Part shown: one piece after another, positions 26,204-35,249 of the stretch
How positions within the stretch are numbered: position 1 is the stretch's first letter
Layout: each line of letters starts with the position of its first letter
Assembly: GCA_007376445.1 (NCBI GenBank)
Contig: VMGF01000001.1
Span: 252,203-316,202 of the forward strand
DNA: 64,000 nucleotides
From: Parcubacteria group bacterium Gr01-1014_3
GTDB lineage: Bacteria > Patescibacteriota > Minisyncoccia > UBA6257 > WO2-44-18
Direction of reading: 5' to 3'
Made by a program: the position numbers and the translations under genes
The notes under the pieces: model-generated
Told to the model about the DNA's origin: nothing
What the model saw: the letters and a program-made list of their open reading frames with translations, nothing else
The model's database searches: none

Positions 26204-27097
26204 TTAACTCACCACGAGTAGCTCAGCTATCCCCTTTTCAAGGGAAATCTTCGGACTCCAGCCAAGAAGTTTTTTGGCTTTGGTGATGTCAGCGCAGGAA
26301 TGTTTTGGTTCAATGCGTGGCGGAAGATAGATGCGAGGTCCGCCGATCCACTTTGCGATCTGATTTACGCTATAACTTTTCGGCGTTCCGATGTTGATCA
26401 CTTCTCCCTTCCCCACCTTTTTACCTTGCATCGCGAGAATGTTTGCTCTAACCACATCACTGACATGCGTAAAGGATCGAGTTTGCTCGCCATCTCCGAT
26501 TATTGAGAGCGCCTGTTTGGCGGATTTCTGGTTCAAAAAAGTTTTCACCACACTCAAATAAGACCCGGCGTCCGCCATTCGTGGACCATAAACATTAAAA
26601 TATCTAAGCGAGACGGTTTCCATATTATATAGAAGCGCGAAGATACGGGCGTATTCCTCGCCGATATATTTTTGTAAACCATACGGACTCATCGGGGCGG
26701 GTTTTAATTCTTCATGTACCGGTAGAACCTTGGTATCTCCATAAGCGGACGAGGAAGCGGAGTATACTATCCTTTTTACTCCGGCATCGCGGGCGGCCAT
26801 CAGAACATTCAGCGTGCCGTTTACATTGGCCTCGTGGGTTTCAATTGGTTTCTCAATTGAGAGCGGGACGCGCGGAATCGCGGCCAAATGAAAAACCCCG
26901 TCCACGCCTTTAAAGTGCGGACGGAGTTTTTTGAGCTTAGTGATGTCGGCTTTAATGAATTTGGCCTTTTTATGGATATTGGATTTTTTTCCGGTCGAAA
27001 GATTATCTAGGACGGCCACTTCGTGCTTTTGTTTAATAAGCTCATCGACTAAATTCGAACCTATGAATCCCGCTCCCCCCACCACAAGATACTTCAT
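26204..27097 (-). CDS. NAD-dependent epimerase/dehydratase
   Basis: GGAGFIGS, HLAA, YGLQK, LRYFNVYGP. Confidence 0.9.
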   Translation of the reverse strand: MKYLVVGGAGFIGSNLVDELIKQKHEVAVLDNLSTGKKSNIHKKAKFIKADITKLKKLRPHFKGVDGVFHLAAIPRVPLSIEKPIETHEANVNGTLNVLMAARDAGVKRIVYSASSSAYGDTKVLPVHEELKPAPMSPYGLQKYIGEEYARIFALLYNMETVSLRYFNVYGPRMADAGSYLSVVKTFLNQKSAKQALSIIGDGEQTRSFTHVSDVVRANILAMQGKKVGKGEVINIGTPKSYSVNQIAKWIGGPRIYLPPRIEPKHSCADITKAKKLLGWSPKISLEKGIAELLVVS

Positions 27098-27216
27098 ATA
27101 TAAACTATAACACCGCTGACGCGGTGTTAGGTTTTGTTTTAAAGCACCCGCCTTTACATAGTCATAATTTTTTGTTATAATTTGCGCAGAATCTTTACAT
27201 AGAAAGGAGATAAGGA

Positions 27217-27861
27217 GTGCTTGCTCTCAAGAAGGTCGTTGGTAACGGCATGGCGGCGGCGCTGGATCTTTCGATGGGAATTTTCATCGTTTTCTTGGCG
27301 AGTAAGGTGGCGGGCCGTGAGATCGCAGTATCGGCACTTGTTATCGGCGCCATCTTGGCCGTCCTTCCGGACTTCGATGTCATCTTCATGTTTCTTGGCA
27401 GAGGTAAGGTCTATGGAGACCACCATCAGATGTGGCCTCACAGGCCGGCCATCGTGATTCCGGTTGTAGTGCTACTCGGCTGGTTCCTGGGAGGAGTTTT
27501 TTGGGGAATCGTTGGAGGCGCCTGTGTCTTTTGGCACTACATTCACGATACCCGAGGATTTGGGGGTGGCGGCATTGCCTGGTTTTGGCCTTTGTCGAAG
27601 AAGTATTACAGCTTGAAAGGAGCCGAGGATCCGAAAGATTCCTTGATGGCTCAATCGGAAGGCAATCACGAAAGTTATATCGAGAAAGAAGTTCTTGGTC
27701 CCTCGACTCGATTTCTCATCGAGTACGCCTTATCGGCAGTCATAATCGGCGCCGTGGCCGTCGGACTCTTTGGCCTGCTGATCGGAAGCGTCGTTGGAAT
27801 TGCAATGATGCTATCAGCAATCACGGCTTGTCTGCTCAGTAAAAAAATCACTACCAGTTGA
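27217..27861 (+). CDS. Metal-dependent membrane hydrolase (YdjM-like)
   Basis: AVLPDFD, HH..W.H, HYIHD, GGIAWFWP. Confidence 0.7.
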   Translation: MLALKKVVGNGMAAALDLSMGIFIVFLASKVAGREIAVSALVIGAILAVLPDFDVIFMFLGRGKVYGDHHQMWPHRPAIVIPVVVLLGWFLGGVFWGIVGGACVFWHYIHDTRGFGGGGIAWFWPLSKKYYSLKGAEDPKDSLMAQSEGNHESYIEKEVLGPSTRFLIEYALSAVIIGAVAVGLFGLLIGSVVGIAMMLSAITACLLSKKITTS

Positions 27862-27915
27862 AACTGGCACCACCTCGACTTCTATCGAGGTGGTTTTTTG
27901 TTAGGCCGCTGGGAA

Positions 27916-28776
27916 CTAGGACAGATTTTTTAATTTAGAATTTAAGTTCAGTTTGGGGTATAAGTCTTGAGGGTAGATTGCGACCAGGCGTATTCCAAGT
28001 TTTTCACAAATTTTTTTCTTAATTTTCATATCTCGATCATAACGCGGACTATCTCCTGCGAGACCGAAATACTCTATGAATAATGTGTCATTTATAGCCC
28101 AGTCCGCTTTGTGACCACTATTGGGATAAGGGAAATCTCGTAGGTGCTTAACTTCGTTGTCGGATAGCCAGTTATCAATCAACGCCTCGGAGATAGAATC
28201 ACAAGAGTGGCCATCTTTCGCCTTGGTCATCGTGCGTTTATACATTCTGTGCTCGTGAGAACGATTAGGTTCCAAGCCCGCGGCTTTAATGGCGTTGCCC
28301 CAAGAACCGAATGCATATATACATGGACTTGCTAGTTCGGGTATTTCACGTTTTGCCGGGACCCTTCCCAGCTTCTCATAAGTATGTTTTAGAGATTTAA
28401 TCAGATCCTCTGGTTTATGTCGCACGCGAGATTTCTTATAGCAAACATTTGCGCAATAGATATTGCCGCCTGTAAATTGTTTTTCGCAGATTCGGCAAAT
28501 TTTTAACTTAATAACATGTTTAGGAAATTTTTTGTTATTAACAATAGCGGCGCACCTCATAGAACAGTAATTATGCGCCCCAACTTCTTTTCTAAATTTT
28601 TTAAATTCGGCGCCGCATTCAGTGTTTTCACAAACAAATGATACTTGTTTATTAAAGGAACGGCCTTGACACTCCTTGGAACAATAAAAATTATGCCCCA
28701 ATTTTTGATTTTCGTTAAATCTATTCCTGGGTTTAAAAAACTTTTTTCTGCAATTATTACACCGCACCTCTGGCAT
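27916..28776 (-). CDS. Zn-finger repeats + homing-endonuclease-associated repeat + Vsr/PD-(D/E)XK-like nuclease
   Basis: Three CxxC...YCxxxC units; LGRVP...FGSWGNAIKAAG; DSISEALIDNWL...ADW..FIEYFG. Confidence 0.7.
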   Translation of the reverse strand: MPEVRCNNCRKKFFKPRNRFNENQKLGHNFYCSKECQGRSFNKQVSFVCENTECGAEFKKFRKEVGAHNYCSMRCAAIVNNKKFPKHVIKLKICRICEKQFTGGNIYCANVCYKKSRVRHKPEDLIKSLKHTYEKLGRVPAKREIPELASPCIYAFGSWGNAIKAAGLEPNRSHEHRMYKRTMTKAKDGHSCDSISEALIDNWLSDNEVKHLRDFPYPNSGHKADWAINDTLFIEYFGLAGDSPRYDRDMKIKKKICEKLGIRLVAIYPQDLYPKLNLNSKLKNLS

Positions 28777-28820
28777 ATGCTAAATTATACCAGATCGGCA
28801 CACTGCGAGTCGAACTTCTA

Positions 28821-28894
28821 TGGTCAGGCTGCCCAGATTTGAACTGGGGCCGCCGCCTCCCGAAGGCGGTATGCTGCCGCTACACTACAGCCTG
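28821..28894 (-). tRNA. tRNA-Pro(CGG)
   Basis: Cloverleaf; CCGCC-TT-CGG-GA-GGCGG; TTCAAAT loop; CCA encoded. Confidence 0.93.
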
Positions 28895-28902
28895 AAGCTT
28901 AC

Positions 28903-30351
28903 CTACACAAAGTATTTCTTTTTTATCTCTTCGTCAATTCGCCCCTGCGCTTCCTGGGCCGACTTTTTGGATTTCTCGGAAAGTGTTCTTAGATCTTTTT
29001 CAGAGAGTTTTCCGAGTTCAAGGGCGCGATCAAGGAGCTTCTCCTTATTATTCAGCTTCGGTTCATCCAAAATCTCCTCTAAAAGGATAGCTATAATGTA
29101 GCCGACTATCGGTCCTGGTTCGATCTTGAGCGCTTTCATAATGTCAGTACCATTCGCCGCGATCATCTTTGGCCCGATCGGATCCTTTTTAACTTTCTCG
29201 ATCATGGCCTGAAGGTATCGCAAGCGATATGGCTGGGCTTTAGGCACACCGGAGCCGATGCGATCCGCCTCACGGATCTTAATGAGATCATCCATATTAT
29301 CCTGACCAACCCGGCTGATCAGTCGGCGTACCCCCCTTAAAGTCACGCTTTCCGGATCATAGACGAACATGTGCTCCCGAATAAGCAAGGCTATTTTCTC
29401 TATCATGGCCTTCGGGTACTTAAGCCTATCCAGAAGCCTGAGCGCTATTTTCTCCCCAACTACCTGATGGCCATAAAAGGTAGAATCCAAACCATTCCCC
29501 TTCTTCGTTCGAGGCTTGCCTACGTCATGAAGAAGTGAAGCAATGCGGAGATCCAGCGGAAATTTTTTCTTGGCGGCATATTCCAACGATCGCCAGTTGT
29601 GTTCAAAGACGCTATATATATGATGCTTGTTCTGTCCGACACCGACGCCTTCTTCAATTTCCGGCAAGACGAATTTTAATAATCCGGTTTCCTGCATGGC
29701 CACAATTCCCTCCGCGGCTTTGTCGGCGATCAGCAATTTGGAAAGCTCGTCGCGAATTCTTTCCTTGGCGATGAACTCGATCAGGCCGGCGGATTTCTTG
29801 ATCGCGGCCAAAGTTTCTTTTTCGATTTCAAAATCTAGTTGCGCCGAGAAACGGACCGCGCGCATCAAGCGGAGCGCGTCTTCATTAAATCTTTCTGCTG
29901 GTTTTCCAACGGCCCGGATGATTTTTTTCTTAAGATCTTTTTCGCCGCCGAAAGGATCGACGATGCCCCGCTTTGGATTCCAGGCCATCGCGTTGACGGT
30001 GAAATCCCGGCGGGCCAGATCGTCTTCAATATTTTTCGCGAAGACTACTTCGTCCGGATGCCGCTTGTCGGTATACTTCCCTTCTTTGCGGAAAGTCGTG
30101 ACTTCGATAATCTTTAAATCCGGATCTTTTGAATCCGTTTTAACTCCAACGGTACCGAATTGATTTTCATAAACGCTATCCGGAAAAATTTTCTGTAATT
30201 CGGTTGGCGTGGCGCTGGTGGCTAGATCCCAGTCGTGTGGAGTCCGGCCAATCAGAAGATCGCGCAGGCATCCGCCCACGAGATAGGACTCATGCTTGTG
30301 TTCAGCCAGTTTTTTCGCCACCTCATTAACTTCCGAGGGAACTTTCAACAT
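28903..30351 (-). CDS. cca: CCA-adding enzyme (class II, HD domain)
   Basis: VGGCLRD, DWD, EVTTFR, RRDFTVNA, EDALR, ERIRDE, LLHDVGK. Confidence 0.9.
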   Translation of the reverse strand: MLKVPSEVNEVAKKLAEHKHESYLVGGCLRDLLIGRTPHDWDLATSATPTELQKIFPDSVYENQFGTVGVKTDSKDPDLKIIEVTTFRKEGKYTDKRHPDEVVFAKNIEDDLARRDFTVNAMAWNPKRGIVDPFGGEKDLKKKIIRAVGKPAERFNEDALRLMRAVRFSAQLDFEIEKETLAAIKKSAGLIEFIAKERIRDELSKLLIADKAAEGIVAMQETGLLKFVLPEIEEGVGVGQNKHHIYSVFEHNWRSLEYAAKKKFPLDLRIASLLHDVGKPRTKKGNGLDSTFYGHQVVGEKIALRLLDRLKYPKAMIEKIALLIREHMFVYDPESVTLRGVRRLISRVGQDNMDDLIKIREADRIGSGVPKAQPYRLRYLQAMIEKVKKDPIGPKMIAANGTDIMKALKIEPGPIVGYIIAILLEEILDEPKLNNKEKLLDRALELGKLSEKDLRTLSEKSKKSAQEAQGRIDEEIKKKYFV

Positions 30352-30417
30352 TACCTATAATATATATGTAATTGACCGCCTTGTTAAATAAGCTTCGCCA
30401 AGATATTCTGTTATCGC

Positions 30418-30494
30418 GCGCCCATAGCTCAATTGGATAGAGCATCTGCCTTCGAAGCAGAGGGTTCCAGGTTCGAGTCCTGGTGGGCGCACCA
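30418..30494 (+). tRNA. tRNA-Arg(TCG)
   Basis: Cloverleaf; TCTGC-CT-TCG-AA-GCAGA; CCA encoded. Confidence 0.93.
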
Positions 30495-30559
30495 AATTTG
30501 ACTTTTAAGCAAAATAGCGTAATATTTGGTCGTACCTTTAAAACTCTATAGGAGGATGT

Positions 30560-31456
30560 ATGAAAATCGGCGCAAAGATGCCCTTGTCTGATATGGCAGG
30601 CTACAAGTTAAAAGACGAACAGGATATGTACATTGCGTTCCCGATTATCTTCTTCGTTGTGGCGTCGGTGATTTTTATACCGATAACCTTCGGTGCTGGC
30701 GGATTTGCGCCAGGCATTGTCGTATCTTCGGCCACTGTCTTTATATGGATCTTTGCGTCTTCGTTTTTGTATTTGAAAAAGTATAAGCCAGAGAGGGCTA
30801 AAATTTTATCGAACAATGAAATTGATTTCGCTAAATCGTGCCAGTTGCGAGAAATTCTCAAAAAGTTCTCTACGCTTCGATCGGTCAGTTTGCCAGTAGT
30901 TGAAGGCGTGATTCCCGGCGAATGGAGGCCGTTTAGAGTTGAACATGCTCTGAGTAATTCGCTTCGCGCTGAAGTATCTCGGGAACATATTCGGGGTATT
31001 GCTACGCCAAATCTTTTTGATTCCAGCTCCGTGGTCTTTCTTAAGAAAGCGGATGCAGTGCTACGAGTCATTGTGCCAAGTTCTCGAGCCACGCAGGAGA
31101 TGCTCAAGCAGACCATCGGGGTTTGTTGTAAGGGAGTGTGGCGCGACTCCCATGTTGGGAATTTAATCTACAACTTTTCGGTAGAAGATGATGTACTACT
31201 TTACAACATCTCTCACCCGCAACTGATCGATTCGATTGATGCGTCCTGCGAGATGCCATTGGAAGCTCGGCCGACGGTCAAGGTTATCGGTGAGAAAATC
31301 CAGGATGGTGTGGTGATCGCGACTGCGCTTGAAGTTAATGGCCGGCAAGAAATTTTTCTGCCATCTGGCTTCTTCCAGAAATTGCTGGCGGAAGTCGCAC
31401 CGGTTCTTGGTATCGCTCAGCAACCTTCTCAGAAACATGTTGCCACGTTAACATAA
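30560..31456 (+). CDS. Hypothetical protein with two N-terminal TM helices
   Basis: SD ggagg; 298-aa ORF; terminator downstream. Confidence 0.65.
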   Translation: MKIGAKMPLSDMAGYKLKDEQDMYIAFPIIFFVVASVIFIPITFGAGGFAPGIVVSSATVFIWIFASSFLYLKKYKPERAKILSNNEIDFAKSCQLREILKKFSTLRSVSLPVVEGVIPGEWRPFRVEHALSNSLRAEVSREHIRGIATPNLFDSSSVVFLKKADAVLRVIVPSSRATQEMLKQTIGVCCKGVWRDSHVGNLIYNFSVEDDVLLYNISHPQLIDSIDASCEMPLEARPTVKVIGEKIQDGVVIATALEVNGRQEIFLPSGFFQKLLAEVAPVLGIAQQPSQKHVATLT

Positions 31457-31618
31457 CTAGTATTCATGCCCCAGAGATCAGTCTCCGGGGCTTTTTATTT
31501 ATCTGGCCAGAGGGTTGATGGCTATTGCCTTTTAAGCTCAAAATCAGTATTCTTTTATCAGGATTCCTTCACAAAACGAGTTATCCACAGGATATCCCGC
31601 CCAAGGGCGAGACAAGTC

Positions 31619-31691
31619 GCATCCATAGCTCAGTTGGTAGAGCAGCTCCCTCTTAAGGAGACGGTCCCAGGTTCGATCCCTGGTGGATGCA
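31619..31691 (+). tRNA. tRNA-Lys(CTT)
   Basis: Cloverleaf; CT-CTT-AA loop; CCA not encoded. Confidence 0.92.
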
Positions 31692-31777
31692 CAAATTTTC
31701 TAGACAATCGTCCATCAACGACGGATTCTTGTAGAAAATTTGTGCCCCGCCATGGCGGGGCTCGGAACTAGCTCCTC

Positions 31778-31848
31778 GGGCGCTTAGCTTAATGGTAGAG
31801 CAGTCGCCTTACACGCGACTGGCAGGGGTTCGATTCCCTTAGCGCCCA
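31778..31848 (+). tRNA. tRNA-Val(TAC)
   Basis: Cloverleaf; GTCGC-CT-TAC-AC-GCGAC. Confidence 0.92.
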
Positions 31849-31887
31849 CTAACAAAATATAAATCCCCGCTTTCACGGGGATATTTT

Positions 31888-32103
31888 TTAATCTACCATT
31901 TCTTTTTCTGCGAAGTACACTATGCGCATTATCACGATTTGGTCTTCGTTGGTATGAGCGGCGAGCACTTTGAAATTTTCTGGCTCAAGCTGATTCTTGA
32001 TCAGCCAATCGACCACCTTCTGTTCCACTAACGTATTATTTGGATCTCCCCTGCCACCTGTATAATAAAATACTCTGCAGAACCATCTTTTTTCACCCAT
32101 CAT
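31888..32103 (-). CDS. Small hypothetical protein
   Basis: SD-like aagggg before ATG; 71 aa; convergent terminator at ~31861-31886. Confidence 0.5.
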   Translation of the reverse strand: MMGEKRWFCRVFYYTGGRGDPNNTLVEQKVVDWLIKNQLEPENFKVLAAHTNEDQIVIMRIVYFAEKEMVD

Positions 32104-32237
32104 TCATCCCCTTTCAATGTTCAGCTGAATAATAACAAATGTTAATTCAAAAATCAAACCACAAATTTTTGAACTGTAAATATTGTTTTCAGTTTCGATA
32201 AAAGTTATTCTGAATTCGGATTTTTGAAAGGTAAAAA

Positions 32238-32750
32238 ATGGATTCACATAAGTCGATCCAGGAATTTCTGCGCGAATTAAAATCGCGGCCGCCAAATAAC
32301 CGGAGCGACAACGAAAGATTATTTTTGCGGTACAACGAATTTATTCTTTCATCGATTGCCGATTATAAAAGATTGGCGAGTCAAGATTGCCGGATTGATT
32401 GGGATGATGTTTATCAGGATGCCGCGGTCGCGCTCTTAGAGATCGCGAAAGATCCGGACATACGTGGAAATTTCTCGACTTATGTTCAACGGGAAATAAT
32501 AAACTCAATCCGAAGATCGGTAGAAACAGAATCACAGTTCAAAGATTTTGTGAGCCGTCTAAGGTTGGAGCTCAGACTCTACCAGAAATGTGTCCAGGAG
32601 CTTCACGCGAAGCTTCGGCGAACACCGACGACTACCGAGATCGCCAAACAGCTTGGATTGCCGTCTTTACATATCGCCCACCTCAAGAGGCTATGTCAGG
32701 CTGCTCGCGACTACGAAATGATGGATTACTTGACAGAGTGGCCTAATTAA
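32238..32750 (+). CDS. Sigma-70 region 2/3-like protein lacking region 4
   Basis: DWDDVYQDAAVAL...NFSTYV...INSIRR (region 2); KLRRTPTTTEIAKQLGL (region 3). Confidence 0.65.
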   Translation: MDSHKSIQEFLRELKSRPPNNRSDNERLFLRYNEFILSSIADYKRLASQDCRIDWDDVYQDAAVALLEIAKDPDIRGNFSTYVQREIINSIRRSVETESQFKDFVSRLRLELRLYQKCVQELHAKLRRTPTTTEIAKQLGLPSLHIAHLKRLCQAARDYEMMDYLTEWPN

Positions 32751-32920
32751 GTTAATATACAAGAAGTACATTTAAGGAGCTGAGCGTGAATCGCTTCAAC
32801 AGCACCATGTAATTTATTCCCAGGACGACGGCCATGGGAGGCTAAGGGCTCCAAACCCTCAGCCTCCCCGATCAAACTAAGCCCCTCATCAGGGCTGTCC
32901 GCGGGTAAACAAGCAGTATT

Positions 32921-32954
32921 TAGCCAGTAACGCCAGTTACTGGCTATTTTTTTT
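32921..32954 (+). terminator. Intrinsic terminator
   Basis: tagccagtaac-gcca-gttactggcta followed by T8. Confidence 0.75.
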
Positions 32955-33135
32955 GTTTGACAGGCAATATTAGTGCGTGGGTTGTTTAACAGACCATTTA
33001 GCTTCAACTTACCAAGTGTGAAACATTTTAAAATGTTTCACACTTGGTAATAAAAATGTTTAGCGAAAAAAGTGTCAAACACCGTTCGGAATTTAAGCAC
33101 AAAACTAATGGTTCGTTTGTCGTGAAACAAATTGC

Positions 33136-33579
33136 CTAATCTCGAAGAGCGTTTCTATCCCACCACCCTGTCTTATAGAGTCTATGTAAAACTTTATATG
33201 TATCGGCAACCATTGGATCTGAGCCGATCTTTTCTAGCCAATCTACAAATTGCTTAGATTTATGACCCTTTAATTTCCCATAGAAAAAGGGGATTATGAT
33301 ATTTTTGAGATCCCCAAAATTACGCACCATTAAAGCAGCCCGTAATCCACGAATAGAGCCAACTACTTCTTGGGGTTTATGTATATAAACTCGAGACTTA
33401 AGGCCAAGATGATCTCTAACGGCCTCGATTAACTCTTTATCTCTAATATGCATAACTAGCGCAAAGGCCGGCATTTTCTCTTTTACTGGTAATCCATCTT
33501 TGGTTGTGCTCCGGGTGTGAAATGTAAAACAGCCCTCTCCATCTACTAACCCACGGATATATTCATTGCTTAGCTTCAT
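33136..33579 (-). CDS. Single-motif LAGLIDADG homing endonuclease
   Basis: EYIRGLVDGEGCF, P.F...MHIRDKELI, IIPFF...LKG.K..QF. Confidence 0.88.
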   Translation of the reverse strand: MKLSNEYIRGLVDGEGCFTFHTRSTTKDGLPVKEKMPAFALVMHIRDKELIEAVRDHLGLKSRVYIHKPQEVVGSIRGLRAALMVRNFGDLKNIIIPFFYGKLKGHKSKQFVDWLEKIGSDPMVADTYKVLHRLYKTGWWDRNALRD

Positions 33580-33683
33580 AATATTAATAATGTTTCACGT
33601 TTTACTTGATACCAAACAGAGAACATGTTTCACTGTATAACATATATTATACTAAATTCTTTGTAATACGTGAAACAATCCAA

Positions 33684-34049
33684 ATGAACAGTAAAGCGAA
33701 TACGGGTAATTTAGGGGAGGACCTAGCATGCAGGTATCTAATTAATAATGGGTATAAAATTTTAGATCGTAATTTCAGGAAACCATGTGGAGAAATAGAT
33801 ATCATCGCGAAGGATAACGACGCGACCATTGTATTCGTTGAGGTTAAGGCATTACGCAGGGCGAGCTCATTATCCCCAGAAGATAATATGAGTAGTTCGA
33901 AAATTGCCAAGATTAACCGAACAGCATCTCTCTGGGCGGGATCTAATGACGCATCAATTAATCAAGAAAAGGGATTCAGGGTTGATTTAGTTGCGGTAGA
34001 ATTGGCCAACTGGCAGGATCCGATTATTCGGCACTATAAGAATGTATAA
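33684..34049 (+). CDS. YraN family endonuclease
   Basis: GNLGEDLACRYL..GYKILDRNF..GEIDIIA..VFVEVK..RVDLVAV. Confidence 0.88.
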   Translation: MNSKANTGNLGEDLACRYLINNGYKILDRNFRKPCGEIDIIAKDNDATIVFVEVKALRRASSLSPEDNMSSSKIAKINRTASLWAGSNDASINQEKGFRVDLVAVELANWQDPIIRHYKNV

Positions 34050-34079
34050 ATTGTGAGAGATTGTTTAACGCCAAACAAT

Positions 34080-34204
34080 ACGGCAATCCGGCAATGCGGC
34101 AAAAGAGGCAATTGCCGAATAGGTTGCCGCATTATTTGACAAAATAAGCTAACATGGCGTTTTGAAAGTTATCCACATTGCCGCATTTACATAATGCGGC
34201 AATT
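34080..34204. repeat. Cluster of CGGCAAT/ATTGCCG repeats with an embedded DnaA box
   Basis: 8-nt periodic cggcaatc cggcaatg cggcaaaa gaggcaat, inverted copies, TTATCCACA at 34169-34177. Confidence 0.6.
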
Positions 34205-34430
34205 GTATTTTAATAAGGTTAGTCCCTTGATAAAACCTTAACGTGAGATTTAGGCATCCTGCCTAAGTCAAACATCTCATTTTCTCTATTCCGCCTTACT
34301 GAGGCGGACCAATATAGTAGCCGGGTCATACACCCGGCTATTTTAATTTAGATAAGACTTAAAGATATAAAAATTTAAATATTGAAATGGCAAAATTAGT
34401 GCTGGGGTAAATTGCGGTATAATAATCTCA

Positions 34431-35180
34431 ATGAAAAAAGAAGCATTTGCCGAGCGGGCGGCGGAGAAGCGGGATATAAATGAAGCGGCCGGTGAGCATC
34501 TGGAAAAGATGGCGGAGTTTTTGTCAGCGGAAAGCGAGCGGCTCCGGAGCGAGGGATTTCCAGTAGATGAAGATTGCCGGATCGATTTACGAGAATTTGA
34601 AGATCTATATTCAAAAGAAGTCTTAGAGCGCGATAAGGAAAAAGTTTCCAAGATCGAAGCTGGATTTGAAAACAGCCAATCGGAAAAGATCGCCGAGCTT
34701 CTTGAGGCTGTAAAAACCTTAGTATTTAATAAATTCTGGTTTGATGGACGATTGGTAGCGGTTCGAACTTCAAAATTCGATGACTATACGAACGGGGTTG
34801 ATCAGCTGATCTTAGACCGAGATACTTTCCAACCGCTCGCGGCGGTTGATACGACACTCGACTGGAAGAGTAAATTGCCAAAAATAATGGATAAGATTCA
34901 AAAAGGCAGCGTGGTGAAATATGGCGTGGGTCTTTCTAAGGACGGTGTTGAGAAAATGAGCTATACAGGGCTTCCGGTTTTTATTATTTCGCTGAACGGC
35001 GACGAGGTGCTGGAGTTGGCGCGGGGGATCGAGGCCGGAGAGTTAGGCGAGGAAGGTGAGCGGTTGGCTGGCGTGGTGGCGGAAGAGCTTTCCCGGCAGA
35101 GCCAACAGCTTTCTAGTCTGACTGGCGGAAAACTGCAGTCTTCTTATTCATCGGCCAACAAAATTTTCAAAGCTTTATAG
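34431..35180 (+). CDS. Hypothetical protein (possible PD-(D/E)XK-like fold)
   Basis: 249 aa; RTSKFDDYTNGVD...AAVD motif. Confidence 0.6.
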   Translation: MKKEAFAERAAEKRDINEAAGEHLEKMAEFLSAESERLRSEGFPVDEDCRIDLREFEDLYSKEVLERDKEKVSKIEAGFENSQSEKIAELLEAVKTLVFNKFWFDGRLVAVRTSKFDDYTNGVDQLILDRDTFQPLAAVDTTLDWKSKLPKIMDKIQKGSVVKYGVGLSKDGVEKMSYTGLPVFIISLNGDEVLELARGIEAGELGEEGERLAGVVAEELSRQSQQLSSLTGGKLQSSYSSANKIFKAL

Positions 35181-35249
35181 TTTTGATTATATAATGTAGA
35201 TTAGTAGCGTACTTTCACAAGGTAAAAATCTACAAAAAGGAGATGGTCA

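Larger units (their letters stand above)
33009..34077. repeat. Cluster of degenerate parS-like sites (consensus TGTTTCACGTGAAACA)
   Basis: Perfect 42-bp palindrome at 33009-33050; 12-13/16 matches at 33114, 33591, 33662 and 34062; half-site at 33626. Confidence 0.65.

Noticed and set aside
28820-29101. ORFs overlapping tRNAs (also 31466-31771, 56983-57204, 61696-62070)
   Set aside because: Translations of tRNA sequence or antisense frames.
31689-31745. Hairpin gcacaaattttcta/tagaaaatttgtgc between tRNA-Lys and tRNA-Val
   Set aside because: Single instance; most simply a precursor-processing spacer stem.
32747-33007. 86-aa minus ORF, or hammerhead suggested by CTGATGAG
   Set aside because: The ORF crosses a terminator and has no motif; CTGATGAG lies in a hairpin loop with no correctly placed GAAA.
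33136-33579. Group I intron around the LAGLIDADG gene
   Set aside because: No interrupted host gene or recognisable P7 core in the flanks.
31581-34177. oriC suggested by DnaA boxes at 31581 and 34169 (near-match at 12951)
   Set aside because: Boxes are isolated, with no dense cluster and no dnaA or dnaN in the window; cannot be supported.
33009-34204. CRISPR array
   Set aside because: Repeats are short, degenerate and in both orientations, without regular spacers; no cas genes.
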